Part shown: positions 26,635 to 38,509 of the stretch, piece by piece | Position numbering within the stretch: position 1 is the first letter of the stretch | Layout: each line of letters starts with the position of its first letter | NCBI GenBank assembly: GCA_044892525.1 | Contig: CM097885.1 | Location: forward strand, 21,888,001-21,952,000 | Source of the DNA: Schmidtea polychroa | Lineage: Eukaryota | Reading direction: 5' to 3' | Length of the DNA: 64,000 nucleotides | The notes under the pieces: model-generated | Databases searched by the model: none | What the model saw: only the letters and a program-made list of their open reading frames with translations | Told to the model about the DNA's origin: nothing | Translations under genes and position numbers: made by a program

Positions 26635-28131
26635 GGGGTGCTTGGGAGTCCAACCCTCCTGGGTAAAACGGATAGTGTAACATTGTGATGTCTAAATAAA
26701 TGATTTTCGCCATCTGATGTGTATGTGGTTGCATTTTATGACTGTTGAGAACAAGGCGGGTGACATAGGGGTGTTTGGGAAAGAAATCTCGAGAAGGGAC
26801 CGAAGTAAATTGGACACAGGCCTTCTAACGGCGTCCGTGAACCCATAGAGTGCTCGACAATTATAGCGCTCATAACACGCTCACTCAACGGGTACCGAGA
26901 GGAAAATAACGTTGTATTCTGGGTTACCTGGTAACAGCACCAAACAATAATTATTCGACCACCTGTAACCCACCATTATCCTTCGGTTTATTTTAGTTAT
27001 TGAGTTCACCGTTAATGGCTACTCTGTGCGAATATTTTCGTAATAGTCAAAAGGTAGTTGAATATCGGGTTCACTCGAATAATTGAATTCATTATCAATA
27101 ATTGGTTTGAAGAGATATCTTTGTAGTTACCAAACTATAGATAAATATTAGGTTTACTTTAATAATCGAATACACTAATAATTGTTGTTCCGAAAGGATA
27201 ACTTTGTTGACCAAATATTGCTTTGGAAGGATAACTTTGTTGTTACTAAACAATGGATAAATCTTAGGTTTACTCCAATAGGTGAATTTACTATCAATTG
27301 TTGCTTTGGAAGGATAACCTTGTCGTCATCAGACAATAGATTAATATTAGGTTTACTCCGATAGTGAATACACTGTAGATTGTTACTTTCAATAATTGTT
27401 TCCACAAATTGTTGTTGCTTCGTAGTTTATCTTTGCAGTTGCCATATTTTTATTAATTTTTCGATTTATTTTTTTTAATTTCCCTATGTAATTATTTACT
27501 ATTATATAGTTTATTTAAAATTTTATGTCATCGACGACACGGAAACAAAGAAACACTAAAAATCATAATTGTGGCTTCGTTAAAAATATTAATAATAAAA
27601 AATATAGTAACCTACTACAGTAGTAAAAATATAACAACTGCCACTACCCCATACCACCAAAAAGATTTCAGGCTCACATAAACCTTCTATTTGTAGATTG
27701 AGAACCTTAGGCTTGGTAGGGCATCAGCAGTTCTGAGAACAAAACTTACCTTCAGCTGACAGTCACCCATTTGAGTTAAATTGCAAGCTTTGTTTCGTGA
27801 CGGTTGGACAAGTGCTCGAGATAATGTTAAAGAAGGTCTTATTGTCCTTTGAAATTAAAATTATGGTAAATATTTAAAAGTTCTATTTATTAATTTATTG
27901 CATAATAATATTTATAAAACTGTATAAACATTATGAATTAAAATTTTAAAATCAAAGTAAATAACCACAGAAAAAGATAATTAGGTTTATTCTTAAAGCA
28001 TTTGTGATAAAAAGCAAATATTCAGAATAAAATTTGATCTTTGGTAATTGTAATTGTTCATTATTTTTGAAAATCAAGAACTAAACAAACCTCGTTTAAA
28101 TATTCAATAATTACTTGATTTTACTTGTGAC

Positions 28132-29472
28132 ATGGTAAACATACTTTTTTTAATTTCAGAGATGTAATTATTATTTTTAATTAGCCCAGAAAAAAATTCG
28201 TTCAAATACCATTTTTCCCTAAACCAAACTGTGATTTACAGAAGGATGATCCGTTTGAATCACAAAATATAATTGATCCTAATGAACCCGAGCACTATAA
28301 ATACGGAATTTATTTCAACGACGGTTATGATTATATGCAACATTTAATAGATCGCGAGGATTTCAATAATAAGACTCTTGATCTAAAAGAAATTGTAAAA
28401 AGTAATAAAATTAAATCCAATGTGTTGCCATCTCAATCAGTGAATAAAGCAACTGTTATTAAAGAATTTGAAGTGCAATATGATAATGTCGGAAATATTG
28501 GTTTTAAAAAGATGAAAGAAATAGCAAATGATGAATTAGATGAAGAAATTTTAAATGGACTAGACAGTGATGCCGAATTATCTGAATTAGAAGATGATTT
28601 TATTAAATTGGCGGATATGAAAGAAATAGCGAACGAAGAAAATGATAAAGAAATAATGAAAAAATTCGACAGCAATAGTCAATTTTCTGAATTAAACGAA
28701 GATTTTAATAATGATATTTCTATAAAACCAGTAATAAAGGGCGATAAAGGAATATTTAGTCAATTTTTTGGCAATAATAATGTGTATGATGAAGAAAATG
28801 AAAATGATTCTGTGAATAATGGCCATTATGATCTGAGTAATGTTAAGATGGCAACAGATGATATTTCAGAAACCTTTCTAAATGCGTATAATGAAAATCA
28901 AATTAAATTCAGAGTACCCGAATCGGCAAGTTCTACAAAGGGTAGTTTTATGTCAAAATCATTAATGTGTGCATATGAGCAAGATAAGGATTATGGAAAG
29001 TAAAAAACATTTTATTTTTATAAATCAATAATGTAACTATTTTAGAGCAAAACTTGATTTCAAGGTTGATCTAAATGATGCTTTTTACCGAAATCTAGAT
29101 AGGAACGAGACTGAATTTGACCGGGTGGAAATCGATAAAGCTGTAGATAGATGGTCTTATAGGCAACCTAAAGTGACTACAAATGCTCTGCATAAGATTG
29201 ATGTGGTCAGCAAATATCAACCGAAATTAATAACAATTGAAAAGCCAAAAAAACGAGTGCACGAATCAATAAATGCCGTTGATAAATCCGAGTCTGGAGA
29301 TGAGATAATGGAATTGCCAAGGACTGACGTGTCGCAGTTTCACGTGCAGAGGCCGCAGAATGAAACAGGTGACGAGAGGCGCAGTAGGAAAGGAGCAATA
29401 AAAGAAGCGAAACGCGCTCGGAGGGGAGAGAAGAAGATTAATAAGCAATTTTTTAAGTCAATAATTGGATGA
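28132..29472 (+). CDS. LTV1: Protein LTV1 homolog (40S ribosome biogenesis), copy A
   Basis: Exons 28132-28134 (ATG), 28185-28999, 29046-29472 with GT-AG introns. Motifs MPRKKF, YGIYFNDGYDYMQHL, ELEDDFIKLA, RPQNETGDERRSRKGAIKEAKRARRGEKKINKQFFK. AATAAA follows. Confidence 0.9.
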
Positions 29473-29517
29473 CATTTTCGAGGATTCGTTTTGTAGAATA
29501 AATATTATTTTCTTGTC

Positions 29518-29705
29518 TGTATGTTGCCATGACAACCATTCCTTTCATTATTTTGTATGTTGCCATGACAACCATTAATTTCATTATTTGTATATTGCCA
29601 TGACAACCATTAATTTCATTATTCTGTATGTTGCCATGACAACCATTCCTTTCATTATTTTGTATGTTGCCATGACAACCATTCCTTTCATTATTTTGTG
29701 TGTTG
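29518..29705. repeat. ~36-37 bp tandem repeat x5 (TGTATGTTGCCATGACAACCATT...) downstream of LTV1-A
   Basis: Directly visible; a shorter diverged version lies at 44160-44240 behind LTV1-B. Confidence 0.9.
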
Positions 29706-30117
29706 GTATTTCATGTTTAATTGATTTAAGCCGAATCAATGCTTCACAATCAAGCCTTATAAAGTGAAAGTAGACGCTAGAATAAAATTTGAATGATAAT
29801 CTTTTTTTTACCCCATTTTTTCAGGTGAATAAATATTAGTTTATTATAATTATTATTTTGCGATTTCAATAAAGTTGACAATACGATAAAATATTCGCGC
29901 CGCAATTTTTAAAATGGACTGCTTGACTCAACAGGTTCATAGTTTATATTACTAAAATAACATAATACATCAATAGAAAATAGTGCAAAAGTAATACAAC
30001 AGTGATTAAAATTTTATTTATTTTTTTTCGAGTAATCCTTGACTTCCTCATTAAGTGTATTTATTAAATAATTTAAATTAATGTTCTAATGTTTAAATCA
30101 GGGTTTCTCAAATGGTT

Positions 30118-30545
30118 GATCTGTAAATTGTGACGGTTCATTATTTCGAAAACTATGTGCAAATCCTTTGTATGGCTGTCTCGATCCTGTGTCGTTATGA
30201 TGATGTTATCAAGATATGCGAAGGTATGAATGAAGTCGCGGAAAATTGTGTCCACAAAGCATTTTTATGACTGCACTGCAATTCTGAGGCCGAAAGGCAT
30301 GAAGATATATTCAAAATTTCAGAATAAAGTAGGGACAACTGTTTTGGAACCGTAATCGATATGGATGGGGAGTTGGTAATAGGCGTTCGAGAGGTTTATA
30401 ATTGAGAATACGGTAGAGCGTGAAAAGCGTGTTATAAGGTCTTTAGTAAGCGGCGTCGAGTGTGCATCGTAAACAGTCACTTGATTGAATTGACATTAGT
30501 CACTGCAAAGCTTGAATGAACCGTTTTTCTTGCAGGTCATCAACA
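30118..30545 (-). pseudogene. Ty3/gypsy reverse transcriptase remnant
   Basis: KKNGSFKLCSD*...VFSIINLSNAYYQLPI...FEYIFMPFGL...FAYLDNIII with internal stops. Confidence 0.88.
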
Positions 30546-31321
30546 TTTAGTTTTTGTCCAAATTGCTTTTGTAATGATAATTTCATCAGTCACGTTACGT
30601 GACTGATGAAATTATCATTACAAAAGCAATTCGAGATATCCATTCGGTAAATGAATTCTCAAGTAGAGAATAAATTTTCGATGATTGTCTGGAGTAAGTG
30701 TTTGAGCTTTAACAATTTTCCCATCTATCCTTATTTTTCAAAATTTCTGATAGCGTACAAATTCCTAGGTCTAGGTTTAATTCTCTTCTGATAGTTTGAG
30801 ACAATTCACTCAGCGACATTTTCTTCGACTTCTTTATTTCACAAGTTTTTGTCTTTTGATGAATTGTAATTTCAGCAAATAACATTTTAAAAATTAACTA
30901 AAATTTTACCATGTGTTGGACTGAAACTGAAACATTATTGTCTTCTTAATTTCTATCTTCCTTTTGTAATAATAAACGAAAAAGCAGTGGAAGAGTCGGG
31001 AAAATAAAAATAAAATTAAGAATAAAATAGGTACAGGAACAAAATAAGGTAGGAAGAATAAAATGGGGAAAATAGAAAACCCCTAAAAGGCCCATAAGCG
31101 ATTGATTCAAAAGTAATAATAAAATTTGAAAAATTAAATTAAATCAAAAAATTAGAAAAATCAACCAATAATATCTAAAAACATTACGGAATTAAAAATA
31201 ACTTAAGAAAACAAACTAACTTAGCTGTGATTGGTCAAAATATCTGACGCAAAAGCTATATAAACAATAGAGTGAGGCGACACTTCCACTGTTAATTTCA
31301 AACACTTTTCAGCATCGTATC

Positions 31322-31859
31322 CACACCCGCATTATCCCATAGGCACAATAGGCACAGTGCCTAGGGCCTACGAACTGTAAATGGCCTACGAAAATGTATA
31401 CATATTATTATTTACGAAAAATTTATATAATAAATATTCAACCAAATGATGAAAAGAAAAACTTCACTTAATCCAAAATAATTCAAAATTTATTTTCAAA
31501 AAACCAAAAATAAATCATTAATTTAGTAAACAATTTATTTAATTATTACCTAAACTAACCTTCCTACATTTTTTATTGGCGAATTGGACAATAGCATCTT
31601 CGAAACTAATTTCTCGCATTAAATCACTTTCAATTGATAAAATATTTACAAAATAACATTCATAAAATAAACCAATATGGAATGAAACTAAACTTTGTTA
31701 TTTAAATAGAGTGTTGTTAAACAAAAACACTTTGGAATTAAATTAACGCATTTTAAAAATAAACCACAGCTGACTTCATTAGGGATACTGGCAAAAAACT
31801 ATTCGATAGGGTTAAAGGTAAAAGTGCCTAGGGCCTACGAAGAGGTTAATTCGGGCATG
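31322..31859. mobile_element. Non-autonomous hAT element (internal deletion derivative)
   Basis: 8-bp TSD ATCGTATC (31314-31321, 31860-31867); imperfect 13-bp TIR; subterminal GTGCCTAGGGCCTACG twice; minus-strand hAT C-terminal remnant ILSIESDLMREISFEDAIVQFANKKCRK. Confidence 0.9.
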
Positions 31860-32569
31860 ATCGTATCCTAATATTCAGCCCAGCAAATCCACTCGAATTT
31901 CAGTCAATTGTTGGGAAAATCATCAACGGTAGAATCTAGAACCTTTAATTTGAAAACCACTTGATTTCAGAATACATTTGTAGGTCGGTAAAAATTTTTA
32001 TTATGATATTATGGTAAATTTTGGTAATTGTAAATGATATTAATGTAGTATAAATTACATTTTTAGAACGATAAACCTTTCATTTCGATCACAACAATAA
32101 CTTTGATAATAATTTTAATTGATAACGTATTTTTCAATAATCACAACTGAAACAATTATTTTCTAAATCATATTTTCTAATGAAGTTTGTAATGATAGTC
32201 TATAGTAGGTAAATTTTACCATTCGTATCTTCGTTTCGTAGGTTGTATGGAGGTGGAAAATGGTCAGTGAAGTTGAGGTCTGATGCTCTATGATTTGGGG
32301 TACCTTTGGGATGCTTGAATCGGTGGGAGCATGGGTTCTTCAACCACTCGGCTTGACACAAGGGCCGAAATGTGGGGGCTTCCTCACGGGTCCGTCGCCG
32401 GTAGATGAAAAGTTATGATCATATATAAATTGGATCCATCTTCAGAATGAACCATTGAACTACACTTAGGAAGATGCTATTCCAGAAACATCATTCGAAA
32501 TTAATTTTAATGGAGTACCGCAGTGATTGAAATGTTTAGGGCAGGCACATTTAGAAATTTAATCAAAAA

Positions 32570-33121
32570 CTCTTCTTTTTCTTCCTACCAGTATAAATAG
32601 TATCGACGAATAAAATTTTTCTTTGACATCCGCATATGGAAATTTTGAATCACTCTGATTACGACGACACAAAATGATAGGAGAGATATTCACATCTTTG
32701 TTAGGAGGTTTCAGAGAAAAGTAACGGGCATCTAGAACGAAATATCGCGAAAATCTTTCATCGACAAGATTCACAAAATTTATGTAACATCTATTGATCG
32801 GCAAATGTCAATACTACCAGCTGACAAGTCATAGAGATAATTACAAAATAGTGAATATTCTGAATGCAGGGTAGATCGCCATCCGAAGGTTCACAGTAAG
32901 TCTTATCTCCGTAGTAAAGTACTCACACAGATAAGGATCAGCCAACATAATGAAATCACACAGCAGTAAGTAGTGAGAAAAACGTCTGGATAATCGACTG
33001 TGAGTGAATTGGTGAATGTGCAGGAGAGTGAACAGCATACAGATAACGAGGCGTACAGAAAACTTTTAACATCAGCTTGACGATAGTAATTAAAAAAACT
33101 GATAATCATGTCAAAAAGCAC
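32570..33121 (-). pseudogene. Degraded hydrophobic ORF, possibly rhodopsin-family GPCR N-terminal half
   Basis: Cys-rich TM-like segments, FTNSLTV and CNYLY...ICRSID reminiscent of TM1-TM3; many stops. Confidence 0.25.
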
Positions 33122-33479
33122 ATTTTCTACAAGATACCAACAATTTCTATCATAAATTAAATTCTATAACTTTTTCATAAGTTTTAAAATCAAATTAGTT
33201 TTTTGACAAATACATAGATTTATTCACGATAAATACACCCGTTTAATATATTGAGTATTTTCGTTAATGTTAGGTTACGTCGTCCACGATCGTGAGTAAG
33301 TCCGGTTTATTCCATATTTTTCTTTGTTTTACCCTTATTCATCTTATTACAATTAACAGTCGAGAATCAACAACGTGCTCTTTCATTTCATTTCACATCT
33401 CGAAAACTCTGTAACGTATTATAATCGAAAGAAATCAGGACTATATTAGTAAATGTTCACCCTGTTTATTTTCTAGATA

Positions 33480-33875
33480 ATGCCGAAGTCATCTACTAGA
33501 GTCTTACTAGCACCTTGTTTTTCTTGCACTGACAAAAATGGTATTATAAAAACTCTGCAGATTCAAATTGGCCCGCTGAATAAATAAATCGAAAAACTAG
33601 AAGGAACATGGTTTTCTCCGACTCAAATGAAGGAGATACAAAAGAAGTTATTTCGCAGCAAACATTGTCGCGATAGCCTCATTGAGGAGAGCCGCGCACA
33701 GCGCGCCCTGATCAAGGAACAGTCAGAAGCTCTCCATAAGGTCTATCTACAGGCCTATATCACCAAGAAAACCGTCGATATGCTGATCGGGAGGCCAATG
33801 GTCTTTTCCCTTCTCATCTCGATCGTCGCCCTCGCTTGGAATCACCCGCAAGAAAGAAATGCCGGGAGTGTTTAG
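33480..33875 (+). pseudogene. Second LEGTWFSP-family orphan ORF with one internal stop
   Basis: ATG 33480 is in frame with ORF 33627-33875: MPKSSTRVLLAPCFSC...PLNK*IEKLEGTWFSPTQMKEIQKK. Confidence 0.5.
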
Positions 33876-34499
33876 AAGCTGCGTTCGTAACAGATACTCC
33901 GGAAGTAAAAAAAAAATCAAAATTTTATTTTATGATATCGAATTAGCTTCTTGCCGAAGGGGAGATTAATTCTCACCTTTATGTAATCTGCAGGTTTTAT
34001 GTACGATATCTTCGGATGCTAGAGTTAAAAACTCCCGCATCAAACTTGTTTTCTCCGGAACGCTTCAATCAGGCTGAGTATCGGATAATAATGGTAAGCC
34101 CTGGCCTTCATGGAACTCCGGACATTTGCTCATTCATTTACTAGGAAGATTAGTTTATTCAGGTTATTCGTATCCTTCAATTCTGATGGGTACTCATTTT
34201 GGGTTAAATCTAAAATGTTGATAAGTGTATTGGAGTATGAAGACTCCATTTGTGAGTTTTATAGCGTTTATAAATTAGTACTTTATGAATAAGAAAGTGT
34301 AGTTCAAGATTGGTAGTGCTATAATAAAGATATAAACAACTAAAAAGTATTATCAATAGGCGGATTCCTTACAAGGAATCCTACTTTTACCTATTGATAA
34401 TATTAAACAAACATGGTTTAATTGGGTTTCTTTCTTTTCTTTTTATGGTTATTAGATTTTTTGGTAGTTTTTTTATGGTCATTTGGTATTATAATATAT

Positions 34500-34775
34500 A
34501 ATAAAGTTTGGAAGAAAGTCAAAGAAAACAACCAGCTCAAAATCCCAGTTTAGAACCCAATCAGTAATTTGTGATCTTTTAATCCTGTGTTATACATAAG
34601 TGCTATTCCTCACCGAGTGTTGTAATAAGCATTGTATAGTCACCAAGCAGAGTGTTGAATTTATTGTCAGTGTCAAGTGAAAGTTTATTTGTGATTATAT
34701 AATTGTGAATTATATAAAGACACGCTTGGAGTCAGAGTAACATTAAATTTTATCACCAACTCAATAACCCACGAA
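34500..34775 (+). repeat. Partial copy of the LTR-like repeat at 51030-51999
   Basis: GAAAGTCAAAGAAAACAACCAGCTCAAA...GTGTTGAATTTATTGTCAGTGT...AAAGACACGCT.GGAGTCAGA...CAATAACCCA shared with 51745-51997. Confidence 0.8.
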
Positions 34776-37237
34776 CAGTTATAGGTGGGTACTTATGGGG
34801 TTGGTTTATATAATCATGATTTTAAGTTTTTAGGAAAAAGGTATTATTACTGGGTAGATATAAGTGATATCATTATTTACACACGATGCATTAGAGGGTT
34901 AATTTGCAAAATTATAGTAAATATATATAGGTAAAATTATCAATAAAAACTGTACCTAATCGTTATTGGTAACATTAAATATAAAATATGAAAGTTATCA
35001 TTAATCAGACTAAAGAATATAAAACTATTACCCGGTTTAAAATTTATCTACCTCTGAGTTATAAATTAAGGGAAAATTTCGTTTGATTAACTTTGGATTC
35101 CCAACATTGATTTTTGTGTCTCGTGCATCTCCACATTGCGCATATGCATTCCGTAGCGTCTCATACTATAGCCGTTTTCTTTGACATAACTTTTGCTTTC
35201 GACATTTGGTCCTTTCGGTGAACGGTTGTTTAATATTTCTGAATCCTGAACTTGTCATGATAAGCAACAACGACTCATTAAGCTTTATTTCAACATCAAC
35301 TTCTCGCTCCGTAAATGCATAGGCGCAGTATGAGTTCCACACACCAGTTGGCATTTTTATTAATAAATTTTTTATGTAAAAATTTTTATGTAATAAATTG
35401 AGTCTGGAGCTTTACTCCGTTTATCATACCTAATGTATTGTATTTGTGTTGATTTTTAATGTACGGTTATATGTATTTTATATATGCAAACAAAGTCGAT
35501 TTAAAAAAAAGATTAAGAAATTCTTTACGCTCTTCATTAATATAGTTTGGGTTAATATCAACAGAATCGGAATCTATATCTAAGTCGTCTTCATCATCTT
35601 TATCATTTTCGGGTTCAATTAAGCTATCATCAATTAAGTTGATATTACAGATATTCGTCAAGTTATTTTTATCTATGTTGATTGGGTCATTTATAAGTTT
35701 GGAAATTTGGGCTATTGGTTTGGTAGTATCATTATTAGTTGGATTTACGTTAGTTATGATGGTGGTATTCGGTACAATTACGGTAGGTTTATTCGTATCG
35801 CATATTATATTTTGTTTTATTTTTTCTACGTTGAAAAATTTCTAGGTTAGTTAAGGGTTTTTTAGGTATTGGTGTCAAGTAATGGGGTTTTGGTAAATTA
35901 ATATATATTGAGGTTTTAGGTTACCAAATTTTAACGGTTGGTTTTGGTTCAGAGTATGGTGGTTTGACATTTTTTGGGAATCGGCTGTAGGCCGATAAGC
36001 TGCGTCTGCTCGAAAACATTTTACGATCGAAGGTAACATTTACCGTTGGCAGCCAAGACGGTGAAAGGATATTTGAGGTCTGGAGTGAAAGAGTTTGGAA
36101 TGATCGAAAATGATGAGCCGGAGTCAAAAAGAAGTCAAAAGTTGCTTCAATGGTAAAGATGTTGTTGATCGCAATGATGCCGCCTGAAAATCTAGGGTTG
36201 CCAGACAGCGAAGTTAGATTTTTAGGAGAATTGGAGTAGTTTTCATCATGTTGATGATATACAAAGGCGCATCATGAAAAGAATTTTTATGCATGTAAAC
36301 AGAAGTGGCTGTGATAGATACAAATAATTCTTAAGATTAAAGAGGAGTTGGACTATGAACACCCGATGTGGCATGTTCTAGCGTTAGATGACAATTTCCT
36401 GTCATAAAAATAAGTCAGGGGAGAAAATGATTCGATTTAGTTGTTCTATGTGGTAAGAATTTTGTAAGGAGGAGTTACGTATCGCGTCGATAGTTTTTGT
36501 CACGGAAGATATATGTTCTTGCAGTGAAGGATCAGAAAGAGATGAAATGGGTGTGTTACGAATAGTTTTATCGGGAATTTTTTACAAGTTGAAATGGATC
36601 ATCAAGTAATTAATTATTAATGGAAAGCAACTTCATTTGCATGCATGCTCACCCTGCGTTTTATTTGCTGTAAGTTTTAGCCATTCAAAACCCACCACAC
36701 TCTTTCATCTTTTATTTCAACCTCTTTTACGCCTTCCTCCCCTGTCTCTTTTATTTTATTAGTCCTTAGAAGCAGCTAACGCGCCCACATCTGACTTGAA
36801 TAACTATCTATCTTCTTAAGACGATATTTATCTGCAATATGTCTATCCAATGAGCTTGTTACTGCCACTGCAATTTCTCTTTTATTTTATTCGCTGAATG
36901 AGGCATTGTATATTCAATCTCTTCCGTGAAGTGAACCTACAGCGCATCATTATTCAGATTCAGACTAAATAAGTGACAAATTAAGCTTTCTCCTGATGGC
37001 AGCTGCTACTAGGGTATGGAAAAACTCGAAGTTTTGAAGCTCGATTCAGCTGAAAATCCCGCTCGATATTAATTTAAAGTTTCGAATCAAAAAAAACATT
37101 AAAATAATTTACCAAATTCACCAAACTTCATTTTAATTATTATAAGAACTTTTTTCAATTGACATTGTATTTATTAAAAAACTTGACTATGAATCAGTAA
37201 AGATATCGATGTTTTTTTTATATTCACGAATTTTCGG

Positions 37238-37464
37238 TATGAGAAAGTTTTATGATGAAGAAATTTTTAAATTGAAAATTTTAAAAATTAAATTTTAGAT
37301 TAATTTTTAAAATAAGAAGATATTTTAATTAAAAATATCTTCGTAGAAAATTTGTTTAAATAAGAAAGTTTTAAGAAGATATAATTTGATTTTGATATTT
37401 ACTGAAATAAAATTTATGGAAACAAAAACTGATTTTAATGTTTTACAGGATGAACCTCCTAATA
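37238..37464 (+). repeat. 5' LTR of gypsy A
   Basis: Direct repeat of 41566-41792. Confidence 0.95.
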
Positions 37465-37477
37465 TGGTGGCAGCGGT
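37465..37477 (+). promoter_or_regulatory. Primer binding site TGGTGGCAGCGGT (tRNA-Leu type)
   Basis: Immediately after the LTR; complementary to the recalled tRNA-Leu 3' end ACCGCTGCCA-CCA. Confidence 0.8.
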
Positions 37478-38449
37478 AAACACGGACGCAATCACCGAAA
37501 GATTGCTACCAAAGGTATTCTGCCAAGGTGACGACTTGGAAAAGTTCATTAAAAGATGCGAAATTTATTTCGACGCCAAGGGAATCACGCAGAAGAAAGA
37601 TCAGGAAAAATTAACATCTTGCATGATTGATGAGGATCTCCTGGAAGTGTACGCCAAAACACTGAAAAAAGCCGAAGGATTCCAGGCTAGGTTGCGGTTG
37701 GCATTCGATCGCGAAAGAGATGTTTTAAAGGATCTACAAAACTTGTTGAATTACAAGCGGAAGGGTGAAGAAATAGAAACGTATTTTAAAAAGGTGGAGG
37801 ACCTTGTTGATAGGTTGTTTGAATTTACCAAAGAGAAATTAACAGCAAGGATGTTAATAGTATGTGCGGAGAATAAAGAAGTTGAGAAAGAAGTGATACT
37901 ACGGAAGATAAAAAGCACAGAAGAAATAAAGGAAACACTAATTCTGATGGACAAAGTTGACAAGCAAAGAGATCAGATAAACAGTATGAAAAGTTACGCC
38001 AGAGTGGTCTATCAGGAACCACAGAGAAGAGTACAATACAAGAAGAAAGAACAGAGAGAAGAAAGTATCCGAAGAGAAATGCCAGAATGCTGGTTATGCC
38101 ACAAAATAGGACACACGAAAATTGATTGTCCAATAAAAAGTAAAATAGAATGCTGGACATGTCATAGAAGCGGACATATAAGTAGAAACTGTCCAGATAA
38201 AAAAGCTCCAAGATGTTTTGGGTGTGGGAAAAAAGGTCATATAAAAAGATTGTGACAGGAAATACGTTGTGAAAAATGTAGCAGAAATGGTCATAGATCC
38301 GAGGAGTGTTATACAAAGATGAGGTATGGGAGAGCGACGGAGAGACAAAGATTCACGGGAAACAGATACAGTCGGATAAATGGTATCGAGGAAGAAGAAG
38401 AAAGGGAATCGTGTGTAGAGACAAATGAAGATAATTTTAGGAAGACGTA

Positions 38450-38492
38450 CCCAAACAACAGGGCTTCACCAGTAGAGGAGTTGGTTGGAGCC
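38450..38492 (+). promoter_or_regulatory. -1 programmed ribosomal frameshift signal (gag-pol)
   Basis: Slippery heptamer C CCA AAC, 5-nt spacer, hairpin GGCTTC-ACCA...TGGT-T-GGAGCC; the -1 frame is open into pol. Confidence 0.75.
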
Positions 38493-38509
38493 ATATTCTA
38501 ACAGAAAAT

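Larger units (their letters stand above)
37416..38501 (+). pseudogene. gag: gag with four CCHC zinc knuckles, premature TGA at 38253
   Basis: CWLCHKIGHTKIDC, CWTCHRSGHISRNC, CFGCGKKGHIKRL* (stop at the Cys position), CEKCSRNGHRSEEC in one frame. Confidence 0.9.

Noticed and set aside
29518..29705. CRISPR-like appearance of ~37-bp repeats (also 4618-4950 and 1934-2038)
   Set aside because: Head-to-tail units without unique spacers, no cas genes, eukaryotic context.
32405..32450. Second hammerhead-like motif (CTGAAGATGGATC...GATCATAAC, minus strand)
   Set aside because: GAAA core is missing and there is no convincing stem I or III.
38253..38255. TGA at a knuckle Cys position read as selenocysteine or a variant genetic code
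   Set aside because: The element has several other disabling lesions, and host genes here use TGA as stop.
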